Shown here: positions 8,138-18,204 of the stretch, one piece after another
How the letters are laid out: the number at the start of each line of letters is the position of its first letter
Numbering within the stretch: position 1 is the stretch's first letter
From: PVC group bacterium
GTDB taxonomy: Bacteria; Auribacterota; Erginobacteria; Erginobacterales; Erginobacteraceae
Length of the DNA: 64,000 bases
Assembly: GCA_043804695.1 (NCBI GenBank)
Contig: JAZDIV010000043.1
Span: forward strand, 1-64,000
Direction: 5' to 3'
Made by a program: the position numbers and the translations under genes
The notes under the pieces: model-generated
Seen by the model: the letters and a program-made list of their open reading frames with translations, nothing else
The model's database searches: none
What the model was told of the DNA's origin: nothing

Positions 8138-9745
8138 TTATCGATCAACAAAAGACCCGGTAGGCTCCCCTTTCGCCGCTTCCCTGATCTCCTGCTGCTT
8201 TTTAATCACCTTGGAAAAAAGAGAACCGGAGCCGGCCTGTTCGAAGATCTGAGCCAGGCAGGCGGCGATATCCTGGGATTCGCTTATGTCCGGTTCGTGG
8301 GCGAACTGGTATCGGACACTAATACTTATCCCGCTGATCGACTTCAGCCGGAGCCGTTCAATGGGGTTGTCCGGCGCCCGGCCGGGATGAACCTTCGGCG
8401 ACGTCCCGCTGGCACCGATCAGAACATCGCCATTCTCGAACCGGGCATCCAGAAAACTCAGCCGCAGCTCGCGGCGGCATAAGTGGAGGATCTCGAATGG
8501 ACTGATGGTGGCGGACCGGGAGATCAGGCTCTGGATCGCGTAGCGGGAAAACGCGGCCAGCACGGTGTTCCGGCGGCGGCGGTAAAAGATACGCCCGATG
8601 GCAGCCCGGCGGAGGTAGCCGGTCCACCAGGCGACCCCGACCAGGGTGACGACGAGAATAAACCCGGGGAGCCAGAACCACCCCGAACCATCCGGAATGA
8701 TCAGGAACAGGTAGCCCGCGCAAGCCAGCAGAAAGGTAATCGCGTATAGGATCAGGACGACCTGCTTGCCGGTAAATCCTTTCTCCAGAAGACGGTGATG
8801 GGTGTGATGACGGTCACCGGCGAAGATCGGCACCCCCCGGACAAATCGCCTGATCATTGAGAGCAATGTTTCAAAGATGGGGAAGCTCAGTGCCAGCATC
8901 GGAGCCATGATGATCAGGGCGGTCTCGACTTTGTAGGTCCCCATCAGGGTGATGGTCGCCAGCGCGTAACCGATAAACATGCTCCCGGTATCCCCCAGGA
9001 ATATGCTGGCCGGGGGGAAATTGAAGATTAAAAATGCCGCCAGGCTTCCCGCCAGGGGAGCGCAGGTAAAGACGATAAAAATATTCCCGGTCGTCGCCCC
9101 CAGCGCCACCAGGGTCAGGCAGGCGATCAGGGCGACGCCGGTGGCCAGGCCGTCCAGTCCGTCGATAATATTGAAAGCGTTGATCAGGCCGACAATCCAG
9201 AGAATGCTGATGATCACACCGAGGTTGGGGTTGAGTTCAACCTGGCCGACCAGCGGTATATAGAAGGACTCAATCACGCAGCCGGTGGCGCAGATGAAAA
9301 TGGCGATGGCGAACTGGCCCAGAAGCTTGACCCGGGCCCGCATCCCCCTCAGGTCGTCGAGGAGGCCCAGCGCCAGGATGGCGATCCCCCCTGCCGCCAG
9401 GATGATAAAACTGCGGCTGAAGGAAGCCCGGCCGAAGGCAAAACTCATCAGAGGATCAAGCCAGGACGGGTTCAGTCGGTAAATCAGTTCCCAGTTACGG
9501 ACGATCAGCGAGCCGGCCAGGCCGGAGCAGACATAAAAGACAAGCACCGGGACCGAGATCCCCAGGCCGCCCAGGAGAGGTACCTCGGACCACGAGACCC
9601 GGCGGTACCCGCCCCGGTCGATCGCCCCGGTTTTCCGGGCCAGCAGCTTGATCAAAGGGGTCATGGCCGCGGTCAGCGAGCCGAACAATAAAAAGAGTAC
9701 GACCAGGACCAGGGGATTTTCCAGATATTGCGGTAACTCAATCAC
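8138..9745 (-). CDS. wecA: WecA/TagO-type polyprenyl-phosphate GlcNAc-1-phosphate transferase (MraY family) with C-terminal extension
   Basis: PLLGGL, GLLDD, NAFNIIDGLDGLA, FNFPPASIFLGDTGS, DRHHTHHRL. Confidence 0.85.
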   Translation of the reverse strand: MIELPQYLENPLVLVVLFLLFGSLTAAMTPLIKLLARKTGAIDRGGYRRVSWSEVPLLGGLGISVPVLVFYVCSGLAGSLIVRNWELIYRLNPSWLDPLMSFAFGRASFSRSFIILAAGGIAILALGLLDDLRGMRARVKLLGQFAIAIFICATGCVIESFYIPLVGQVELNPNLGVIISILWIVGLINAFNIIDGLDGLATGVALIACLTLVALGATTGNIFIVFTCAPLAGSLAAFLIFNFPPASIFLGDTGSMFIGYALATITLMGTYKVETALIIMAPMLALSFPIFETLLSMIRRFVRGVPIFAGDRHHTHHRLLEKGFTGKQVVLILYAITFLLACAGYLFLIIPDGSGWFWLPGFILVVTLVGVAWWTGYLRRAAIGRIFYRRRRNTVLAAFSRYAIQSLISRSATISPFEILHLCRRELRLSFLDARFENGDVLIGASGTSPKVHPGRAPDNPIERLRLKSISGISISVRYQFAHEPDISESQDIAACLAQIFEQAGSGSLFSKVIKKQQEIREAAKGEPTGSFVDR

Positions 9746-11432
9746 GTTCGGACGCCTCGAAACTCACGCTCCCTCCACAGGGAGCCCGGCCATACGTCAC
9801 GACAATCTGCTTGGCGGAAAACCGGACACCGAAATCAGGCATGTACCACGCATCCTGAATGTCGATTTCGGCCACGGTCTCCATTTTCACCTTCACTGCA
9901 CCGGCCACTATATAGCACACATTATCCCGGAGAAAAACGTCATTATCGGGATGGCAGAGGAACCTTCCCTTCACGATCTGTCCCCGGCCGCCCTCCACCC
10001 GGTCCTCGATTTTCAGCCGGCCTCCCGCGCTTTCTATCCTCCGCCGGTGAACGGGGCGTCCGGCCAGATGCCGGAAGCCATTATGTGAGCCTTCAAAGAC
10101 AAACCGGCCGCCGGCTTGGGAGCAGTGGTGCAGCCGGGGCCGGGCCCGCCGCCCCGCCCGGAACGATTTCCAGAACTCACACTGGTCTCTATCATCCACG
10201 CTGACCGTGTTGTGGGATCGGGTGCTCCGGGAGTATTCCCTCATCTCCCCCCCCCGGTACTCGCACACCCCGGCATCCACGAAGATGCGCCTGCCGCCGA
10301 CATCCCATTCAAACGCCAGCAGGTCGCCGTGCCCGTGAGCGGGAAGATAATCGGGACCGATATCGCCGCAGTCCACCAGAAGGTACTCGTCTCCCTCCCG
10401 GAACCCATAATAACCGGCGGCCTTCAGCTCGATCCGCTGCTCCGGCACCGGGGGGGGACCGATCAGTTCGCGGTAGACATCCAGGCATTCCCGGGGCTGG
10501 TAGGTCATGTGCAATCCGCCGTCGTTGAAGAGGCTGATCAGGCCGTCGGGATGTGTCAGCTGCCCGGTAACCCGGGCCATGCGGCGAAGCACCCCGGCCA
10601 GCTCTCTCTTCTCTCCGGGAGAGCCGTCGATTACCCGGTAGCACTCCAATAGATCCGCGAAGACCTGGAGATGATAAGCCGGGCTGCGCTCGTAGTGCAT
10701 CCCATCGGGAAGAATCTGCTCCTGAAGCTCGCGGTATAAGATCTTCTTTCCCGCCGCCGGCCAGCGTTCACTCTCGGCCCCTCTGAAAAATCGCCCTGCC
10801 CAGATGAGGGTCTTACAATTCTTAAGCAGATGGTTCCCCTTCAGGTCCTTTTCCAGGTTATGACGCAAAAACCTGATCTGACGGCATAGTGACGAGAGAA
10901 GACCCTTCCGGGTTTCTTCATCCAGCCTTTTCCATCTGAGAGCGTACTGCTGCATCCAGACGAGACAGCGAATGGAAATGCTGTAACTGTTCCAGCTGTC
11001 CATCCAGTATCCCTTCCCGTAAAGCCGGTTCTGTCGGATCCAGTCCCGGACGGCGACGACGAACATTTCGTCGTCAAAGGCTTCCAGGTATTCCATGTAG
11101 TGAAGGTTCATCAGCTCCAGCTGGTTTTCCTTCTTCCAGGCCGGCCGGTGCCAGTTCATGGGGACGGTGAAAGGAACACTGAGATTCAAAAAATGGAGAG
11201 TCTTGTCCTTACCGGCAAGGTGGTTCCTCGGAGGAAAGAGAGGCGGCGGCGGTTCCCCCGGAGAAAGAACCGGGCGCCGGCAAGTGGCAGCAACGGCTCC
11301 GGCGGCGGCGGCGACGGCGGAACAGGAAAGAAGTTTTCTTTTTAGCAACAGGCGGAAACGGGCGGCCAACTGGGAGGGGAGGCTATATCGAAGCGAATAC
11401 CAGTACAACCGGATTTTTTTCAGCCTGTTCAT
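9738..11432 (-). CDS. Heparinase II/III-like family protein (polysaccharide-locus associated)
   Basis: NLHYMEYL, LEKDLKGNHLL, EQILPDGMHYERSPAYH, HGHGDLLAFE, HNTVSVD. Confidence 0.85.
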   Translation of the reverse strand: MNRLKKIRLYWYSLRYSLPSQLAARFRLLLKRKLLSCSAVAAAAGAVAATCRRPVLSPGEPPPPLFPPRNHLAGKDKTLHFLNLSVPFTVPMNWHRPAWKKENQLELMNLHYMEYLEAFDDEMFVVAVRDWIRQNRLYGKGYWMDSWNSYSISIRCLVWMQQYALRWKRLDEETRKGLLSSLCRQIRFLRHNLEKDLKGNHLLKNCKTLIWAGRFFRGAESERWPAAGKKILYRELQEQILPDGMHYERSPAYHLQVFADLLECYRVIDGSPGEKRELAGVLRRMARVTGQLTHPDGLISLFNDGGLHMTYQPRECLDVYRELIGPPPVPEQRIELKAAGYYGFREGDEYLLVDCGDIGPDYLPAHGHGDLLAFEWDVGGRRIFVDAGVCEYRGGEMREYSRSTRSHNTVSVDDRDQCEFWKSFRAGRRARPRLHHCSQAGGRFVFEGSHNGFRHLAGRPVHRRRIESAGGRLKIEDRVEGGRGQIVKGRFLCHPDNDVFLRDNVCYIVAGAVKVKMETVAEIDIQDAWYMPDFGVRFSAKQIVVTYGRAPCGGSVSFEASERD

Positions 11433-11487
11433 AAATCATCCGGATTATCAGTTAGTGTTCAACACGTTATAAATAACAACACCGTTT

Positions 11488-11708
11488 AGGAGCCTGCAAT
11501 ACTATGTTTTTTCCTTCCCGCTAGGCCGACACTTTAATTCTACGGGCAATAATGCACATAATACCAGATTAAAATTAACAAGTCCCTGGAGTATAATACG
11601 ATCAATAAATGATTACACCACTATCCACGCCATCTCTGGCATTGTTCAAAAATAACCCGATTTATGCCTGCCTGCCGCAGGCAGGCATAAATCGGGTTAG
11701 AGTCTGAA
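11488..11708 (+). repeat. ~220-bp non-coding dispersed element, copy A (ends in a 47-nt palindrome)
   Basis: Aligns by eye with the reverse complement of 51444-51648; perfect palindrome 11653-11699. Confidence 0.85.
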
Positions 11709-11802
11709 ATATCCCTTGCTGAAGAATATCCGGGTGGATACGATACGTCCGAGCCGGGAGCCTCGGTGAACGGTTTCCGGGCAGGCTTTTGGAGAACGCC
11801 TG

Positions 11803-12570
11803 ATGGGGAATGCCCTGACGACAACCGAGAAGTGGGAGAAGGAATGGAAAGATTTCCCCCTCCCGGCTATTGAGAAGCCTCCGCATGATCTGCGATCCCT
11901 CCTGGAGACCCACCTGCCCGCTGGATCAGATTACCGCCTGATCGAGATCGGCTGCGCGCCGGGGCGGTGGATGGCTTACTTCAGCAGGAGCCACGGGTAT
12001 TCGGTTGCGGGGATTGAATACGGGAAAGAGGCGGCGGACCTTACCCGCCGCAATATGAAGATGCAGGGCATTCCGGCCGAGGTGCTGGCCGAAGATTTTT
12101 TCCGGGCTGACATCGATCCCGGCAGCTACGATGTCGTCTTCTCCGGAGGTTTCATCGAGCATTTCCGGGACCTGCCGGCGGTGGTGGAGAGAATCTGCGC
12201 CCTCTCCCGCCGGTACGTGGTTACCCTGGTCCCGAACCTCTACGGGGTGAACGGGCTGATCAGCAAAGCAGTCAGGCCGGCGGTGTACGCGGAGCACACG
12301 CCCATCGATAGACGACTCCTGGAGCGTTTGCATGCCGGCTGCGGCGTGGAGACGTTGTTCTGTAACTACGTCGGCGGGGCGCGGCTGATTATGCCTGGCG
12401 CCAAGAACGCTTTCTTCGAGAAACACCGCTGGTGCGGACGTGCTCTCAACGCCCCGGTCCGGGTATTCAACCGTCTCTCCGAGGCGGCGAGCCGGGCCCT
12501 GGGCACGATCCCGAGAAGCCGCCTCCTCTCCGACAGTCTGCTCTATATCGGGAAAAAGACCGGCCCGTAA
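11803..12570 (+). CDS. Class I SAM-dependent methyltransferase
   Basis: LIEIGCAPG motif I, YDVVFSGGFIEHF. Confidence 0.88.
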   Translation: MGNALTTTEKWEKEWKDFPLPAIEKPPHDLRSLLETHLPAGSDYRLIEIGCAPGRWMAYFSRSHGYSVAGIEYGKEAADLTRRNMKMQGIPAEVLAEDFFRADIDPGSYDVVFSGGFIEHFRDLPAVVERICALSRRYVVTLVPNLYGVNGLISKAVRPAVYAEHTPIDRRLLERLHAGCGVETLFCNYVGGARLIMPGAKNAFFEKHRWCGRALNAPVRVFNRLSEAASRALGTIPRSRLLSDSLLYIGKKTGP

Positions 12571-12759
12571 ACGTATAATGATATAGTGGCTGCAGCCATG
12601 ATTCACTCTGGCAATCGAATGGAGTGGTGGAGTGATGGAATGTTGGAGTGTTGGAATACCGGGGCGCCGGGGCCGGCGCTCCATCACTCCAGTATTCCCT
12701 GATCTGAAGCAGTACATCACTCGTCATCATACGATACCCGGGAATTAAAACTAAAGACC

Positions 12760-14064
12760 ATGAACAAGGGCATCAAGGACCTCTTCTTCAGTTTCGGGGC
12801 CAAGACCATTACCATCATCTCCGCCCTCGGTGTTCAGGTCTGCCTGGCCTGGTTTCTGGGGACAAGCGGTCGGGGCTCCTACGCCGTCTGCATCCTCTTC
12901 TCCGGACTCCTCGGTATTATCTTTTTCATGGGGTGCGAGCTGGCCGGCGTGTACTTCGTCTCCTCGAGACGATTCAGCCTCTCCGAGGGGGTTATCTATA
13001 CCCTCATCTACGGCGTGGTCGGCTCGGTCCTGGCGGTCGCGGCCGGGCTGATTCTGATGCAGTTCCCCCTCACCATCTTTGAGAAGGCGGACCGGCCCGA
13101 GCTCTACCTGGCACTGGCCTCCATCCCGGGTTTCCTTTTTTTTACCGTCTTCAGCCAGCTCTTTACCGCGATCCGCCAGTTCGGCTGGTTCTCCGCCGTT
13201 ACCCTTCTCCGGGGTCTCTGCCTCCTCGTCTTCACCCCCCTCTTCCTCTGGGTACTGGACGCCGGGACGCCGGGGGCGATCATGGCGATCATCGCCAGCG
13301 ATCTGGTGGTCGTGGTTGTCTGTCTGCTTGTCTTCCGGCGGAAGTTCGGTCTCCTGAACGTCCACCCCCGGCTGAAAAACCTTCTGGCAATGCTTCACTA
13401 CGGCGCCCGCTACTGCGTCGGGGTCATCAGTAACCAGTTCAACTTCCGGATCGGCACCCTGATCCTGGCCTTCTTCGCCACCAAGGAAGAGATCGGGATC
13501 TACGCCTTGGCCGTCGGCCTGACCATCCAGATACAAATCCTCCCCGACGCGGTCAAGACCGCCCTCATCCCCCGGTCAGCCAGTGACGAAGCAGGGAGGA
13601 AGGAATTGGTGGCCCAGTGCGCTCGCCTGACCGCCCTGATCTCTTTCCTCATGCTTCTGGGGTTTATCCTGCTGGCAAAACTCTTTCTCACCATCATCTT
13701 CCCGGAATCGTTCGCGTCGGCCGCTCCCCTGATCCGGATCCTGGCCTTCGGCTTCTTCATCCGCACGCTGGGGAAGTCGCTGGAGCCGTACCTGATCGGG
13801 AGCAACCGGCCGGGGCTGATTTCGATCAGCGTGGCCGGGGGGATGGCCGTCAACATCGCCTGCCTCTTCCTCCTCCTGCCCCGGCTCGGACTCCCCGGAG
13901 CCGCCTGGAGTGTTGTCTGTAATTACCTAGTCAGTTCTGCTATACTGATCTTCAGTTTCAGCCGCCTCTCGGAGATGGACTGGCGGTCGATCTGGCGGCT
14001 GCGGGCAAGCGATTTCGCCTTCCTGGACGGACTGAAAACCCGTTTTTTCCCGGGGAAGACCTGA
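12760..14064 (+). CDS. Wzx-like oligosaccharide flippase
   Basis: About 12 TM helices; LAWFLGTSGRGSY, EIGIYALA, LLLPRLGLPGAAW patterns of the MOP/Wzx family. Confidence 0.85.
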   Translation: MNKGIKDLFFSFGAKTITIISALGVQVCLAWFLGTSGRGSYAVCILFSGLLGIIFFMGCELAGVYFVSSRRFSLSEGVIYTLIYGVVGSVLAVAAGLILMQFPLTIFEKADRPELYLALASIPGFLFFTVFSQLFTAIRQFGWFSAVTLLRGLCLLVFTPLFLWVLDAGTPGAIMAIIASDLVVVVVCLLVFRRKFGLLNVHPRLKNLLAMLHYGARYCVGVISNQFNFRIGTLILAFFATKEEIGIYALAVGLTIQIQILPDAVKTALIPRSASDEAGRKELVAQCARLTALISFLMLLGFILLAKLFLTIIFPESFASAAPLIRILAFGFFIRTLGKSLEPYLIGSNRPGLISISVAGGMAVNIACLFLLLPRLGLPGAAWSVVCNYLVSSAILIFSFSRLSEMDWRSIWRLRASDFAFLDGLKTRFFPGKT

Positions 14065-14393
14065 TATATCATACTATAAGTTCTATTCCGAATCGTTGTG
14101 TGGGTTATAAGAATAATCAACCACGAAGATCACGAAGGAGATGTATATAAAACCAACCTCATTACCTCGGCATAAGCCTATACATTCACCACCAATTTAA
14201 ACATGGGGACTGGTGCTATAATACCGTGCATCAACCTCAACCTCGCAAAGGCATTAAACCGTGATTGATGTGCCTCATCACTTCTAATCTTCTTGGTTTT
14301 TCTTCGTGTTCTTCGTGTCCTGCTGGTGAATAATAGATGTGGGCTTCCATGCCAAATAGGAAGAGAACCAAACAAAGGTAGACTGAAGACAGA

Positions 14394-15539
14394 ATGATCT
14401 CCGTGCTGATAGCGGGAGACCTCTGCCCCATCGGGAGGAACCTCCCTCTGTTCAAGGAAGGCGACGCCCAGGCGCTTTTCAACGATCTCCTCCCCGAATT
14501 CGAGCAGGCGGATCTCTCGATCGTCAACCTGGAGTGCCCTTTGATCGGGGAGGAAAGACCGATCAAGAAGGTGGGTCCGGTCCTCGGCGCTCCCCGGGAG
14601 TCCGTCAACGGCCTCGAGGCGGCGGGGATAGACGTCGTCAACCTCGCCAACAATCACATCCTCGACCACGGAGCGGAGGGCCTTGCCAGCACGCTGGAAG
14701 CGTGCCGGCAGAGCGGAATCGACTGTGTCGGGGCGGGCGCTGATATCCGGGAGGCGCGGAAGATCCTGGTCCGGGAAGCGAAGGGGATCCAGGTCGGCAT
14801 CCTGGCGCTGGCCGAGCATGAGTTCGGCACCGCCGGCACGAACAGCCCCGGCTCCAATCCGCTCGATCTCATCGACTTCGTCCGCAATGTCGACACCCAC
14901 CGCCAGGAGTTCGATTGTCTGATCGTGCTCCTCCACGGCGGGAACGAGCACTACCCCTACCCCCGCCCCCGGTTGATGAATATCTGCCGCTTCTTTGTCG
15001 AGCGCGGCGCCGACGCCGTCATCTGCCAGCAGTCGCACGTTGCCGGGTGCGGAGAGACCTACCGGGGAGGGCACATCGTGTACGGGCAGGGGAACTTCAT
15101 CTTCGACCTTCCTTCACCCCACCCGGCCTGGAACCGGGGGGTGTTGCTCGTCCTCGAGATCGACGGGCCGGGCAGATCACGGATGAGAATGGTTCCCTAC
15201 CGGCAGTCCGACGGCGGTCCGGGCGCCCGCCGGTTGGGAGCGGAGGAGGAAAAACGTTTCCGGGAGGAATTCACCGCCCGGTCAGAGGAGATCCGGGACC
15301 CGGCCGAAGTTGAAAAACGGTGGCGGGAGTTCTGCCGCGGACAGGAGCGAGCTCTCCTCCATCTGCTCCATGGGAGGAATTCCCTTCTCCGGCGACTGGC
15401 GGTAAGAGCAGGCCTTTCCGGCCTGCTCGATTCAAAAAAGCGCTGTCTGACCCGCCTCCATCTGTTCCGCTGCGAGTCCCTTCGGGAAGCCCTGATCGCC
15501 GTCCTGGAGGAGAGATCGAAAATGATTCCCGGGGAATAA
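14394..15539 (+). CDS. CapA/PgsA-family metallophosphoesterase-like protein
   Basis: IAGD, VNLECP, NLANNHILDHG, HGGNE, VYGQGNFIFD. Confidence 0.85.
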   Translation: MISVLIAGDLCPIGRNLPLFKEGDAQALFNDLLPEFEQADLSIVNLECPLIGEERPIKKVGPVLGAPRESVNGLEAAGIDVVNLANNHILDHGAEGLASTLEACRQSGIDCVGAGADIREARKILVREAKGIQVGILALAEHEFGTAGTNSPGSNPLDLIDFVRNVDTHRQEFDCLIVLLHGGNEHYPYPRPRLMNICRFFVERGADAVICQQSHVAGCGETYRGGHIVYGQGNFIFDLPSPHPAWNRGVLLVLEIDGPGRSRMRMVPYRQSDGGPGARRLGAEEEKRFREEFTARSEEIRDPAEVEKRWREFCRGQERALLHLLHGRNSLLRRLAVRAGLSGLLDSKKRCLTRLHLFRCESLREALIAVLEERSKMIPGE

Positions 15540-15546
15540 ACACATT

Positions 15547-15584
15547 AGTAGACAATTTATTTCGATCGAAATAAATTGTCTACT
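15547..15584. repeat. Perfect 38-bp palindrome between convergent genes
   Basis: AGTAGACAATTTATTTCGA|TCGAAATAAATTGTCTACT. Confidence 0.9.
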
Positions 15585-15589
15585 GTAAG

Positions 15590-17647
15590 CTACTCGAAGG
15601 GCAGCGGCTTCTCCGGCTCGAAGGTGAAGACGTGCCAAAGCTTCTTCCCCACCCCGTAATCCTGCCGGACAGAATCATTCACCAGTACCGGGGTAAGAGG
15701 GAGCGTGCTGTCCCAGATTACATAACGGATGTCATTTTCGCGAATCAAGCGAGGTAGATATCCAGGATCATTTTCGGCCTGGAGATGGTCTATAAAAACG
15801 ATCTTCCTTCTTCCCAGTGCCTTTCCCTGGGACAGGTGCCCGAAGATGAGATGGCGCTGGTTCTTCTCCCCGATCGCCACCCCGACCGAGTCATCCCCCG
15901 CCATGATCATTTCCATGATGGTCCCGTTCAGGTCGTCCCAGTAGTAGCCGGACGGATACGGCGAGCGGGCGGCCCGAAGCACCCGGAGGGGGCAGATACC
16001 GCCAACCTCCTTCCCCCGGAACGTGTCGAGGAAAGAGACGTGAAGGCGGAGACTGGCGATCGCTTCCCTCCCCGCCAGGAGGCAAACCGCAGCGAACCAG
16101 GCATACCCGGCAAACCGCTTCCAGCTGTTCTTCCCCGCCGATGCGGCCATCCGTCCCGTCACCACGGCCAGGCACGGTAATCCGAGGCCGGCCAGCCAGA
16201 TGGTGTAGCGGGCCATGTGGTTATGATGGCGGGGCATGGCGAAGAACATCACCAGGCAGAGAAAGAAAAGGTCGGGGAGGTAGGCGATCCCCCGGGTCTC
16301 CGGCCTTTTCCGGTGCACCACGCATATATAGAGAAGCCAGAGGACAGCCGGGATGCTCAACAGCCAGGCAAATCCCAGACCTCCCCATCGGGAGTCGTAG
16401 ACCAGGACCTCGGGATCGTTGAACCGGAAGCAGCCGAGCCAGTTGGAGAGCACCCGTTCCGCCTGGGACCAGCCTTCGGTCCCCTCCCGGTATGGGGGCC
16501 GGAATTGGGTCGCGGCATTGACGCCGGGGAAGAGTTGCCGACCCGCAAACGTTACCTCTACCGGATAGAACGGGTTCCCGGTGCGTATCCAGTTCCGCCC
16601 CGCCCAGCCGCCGCCCAACCCAAGGCCGATCAGAATCACGATAACGATAAAGAGCAGGCCGCGGCGAAGGCCGGGGGGGATACCGGACCGGTTCCCGGTT
16701 TCTTTCCGGGCCTGATGCCGCGCCAGAAAAAACCGGACGAGAAGAACCGCTCCCCCGGCCGGGACCAGAAATAGACCGGGGCCCTTGGAGCCGGCCGCCA
16801 GACCAAGGGCGAGGCCGAGGCCGGCCGCTAATCTCCAGGGGATTTTTCCCCTGTCGATCCGTTTCACCGTCCCCAGGAGCAGCGCGAAGAATGCCAGGTA
16901 ACAGGCCGCGGAACCGGTATCGACCATCGCGGTCAGGGACTGGGCGATATTGATGGGAAGATATAAAAACAAGCACCCGGCTGCCAGGGCGAAACCGGAC
17001 CGGGCGCCCAGGGTCAGGGAGATACCGGTTATCGCCAGAGCGCCCAGGGGGAGGAAGAGCAGGTTGACACCGTTGAGGAGCCGGCTGCACCCGGTCGCCA
17101 GCAGGAAAACAAACTGCACTACCTCCACTCCTTTGGGATAACCGTTCCAGGCGAAGGCGCCGACCGGCCCCCAGTGGGGGGAGCCGCCGGTCTCTATCCA
17201 GTGAACGCCGCCTTTTTGGAGCCAAAAGTGAAGTGTAGGGGTATGGTAGTAATTGCCGTCGTAAGAGAAGTCGGGAAGCGCGTAGGCGAGAACCCAGAGC
17301 AGAAGATAGAGGGCCAGCGTGACATAGAAAAACCCGGTCGCGAAAGGACCCGGCGGATCGGGTTTTACGTTATTCCGGCCGCGGCGGACGCTTCTCCGGT
17401 ACAGCCACCCGGCCAGTGCCGCGAAAATAATGAAGACAAAAGCTAACGGTCGAGAGACGGTGATCGAGAAAAGGCTCGCGGCCAGGAGAAGAGCCGTCAA
17501 CAGGCCGTAGAAGAGGGAAAGACCGGCCAGCAGGTCAAGAGTCCCCCGCTCACTCCCCGCCAGCAGGCGGGGAGGAGAAAAATTGAATTCGGTGTATTCT
17601 ATACCCCTCCGCTTCATCATATTTCTCTTCAGTCTCTTCCCTCCCAT
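15590..17647 (-). CDS. Polytopic membrane protein, putative GT-C-fold glycosyltransferase (family B, paralog of 25376..27388)
   Basis: Many TM helices; PD..YDGNYYHTP, WNGYPKG.E, GSKG, RNW..TGNPFYP, RY motifs shared with its paralog. Confidence 0.65.
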   Translation of the reverse strand: MGGKRLKRNMMKRRGIEYTEFNFSPPRLLAGSERGTLDLLAGLSLFYGLLTALLLAASLFSITVSRPLAFVFIIFAALAGWLYRRSVRRGRNNVKPDPPGPFATGFFYVTLALYLLLWVLAYALPDFSYDGNYYHTPTLHFWLQKGGVHWIETGGSPHWGPVGAFAWNGYPKGVEVVQFVFLLATGCSRLLNGVNLLFLPLGALAITGISLTLGARSGFALAAGCLFLYLPINIAQSLTAMVDTGSAACYLAFFALLLGTVKRIDRGKIPWRLAAGLGLALGLAAGSKGPGLFLVPAGGAVLLVRFFLARHQARKETGNRSGIPPGLRRGLLFIVIVILIGLGLGGGWAGRNWIRTGNPFYPVEVTFAGRQLFPGVNAATQFRPPYREGTEGWSQAERVLSNWLGCFRFNDPEVLVYDSRWGGLGFAWLLSIPAVLWLLYICVVHRKRPETRGIAYLPDLFFLCLVMFFAMPRHHNHMARYTIWLAGLGLPCLAVVTGRMAASAGKNSWKRFAGYAWFAAVCLLAGREAIASLRLHVSFLDTFRGKEVGGICPLRVLRAARSPYPSGYYWDDLNGTIMEMIMAGDDSVGVAIGEKNQRHLIFGHLSQGKALGRRKIVFIDHLQAENDPGYLPRLIRENDIRYVIWDSTLPLTPVLVNDSVRQDYGVGKKLWHVFTFEPEKPLPFE

Positions 17648-18204
17648 GGCTAATATAATCCGGCATGGTACAAAATGACCGAAATCACGAATCCAAAACA
17701 GCGACCGCGAAGCCTTACTATTGAGAACATTTGGAAACTGCCATTCTTGATTTATTGAGGTTTAAGGATTTCTCTCTTGAAAACCTTAAGGCCATGATAT
17801 AGTTCATAACTCTCGCAAATCGGGATAATGAGCATTGAATCGAAGATGCCAATATCTAAGCTCTTCTTGCAAGATGAGATAGATTCCATAATTGAGATTT
17901 CGAAACGGTATCAAGTGCAAGTAGTAATGTCAAGCCGGCACGGGTGGACTGATAGGGTCCTCACCCTTCCTGGTCGGCATCGGAATGTCTGCGTTTTATC
18001 ACGGGAAAGATGCGAAGACGGAATCTCACTGGACAGGATACATCACGAAAAATCGCGGGACTTTAAATCTTCATGCAATATCCCATCATTATCATTACCA
18101 GGGCATGCAGTTGATTCCTTATTGATTACAATTAGTCGGGAAATATCCGTAAACCAACGCGGGTTCATTTTCCAGATCAGTTAACACGATTATACTCCGC
18201 AAAG

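Noticed and set aside
9738..11432. Glycosaminoglycan-degradation locus
   Set aside because: No signal peptide or uptake genes, and it is translationally coupled to wecA, so the context is biosynthetic.
14394..15539. Poly-gamma-glutamate capsule system
   Set aside because: Only a CapA-like gene is present, with no capB/capC in the window; such genes also occur in polysaccharide loci.
17828..18184. 118-aa ORF upstream of the methyltransferases
   Set aside because: No recognisable motif and atypical composition; cannot be supported as a gene.
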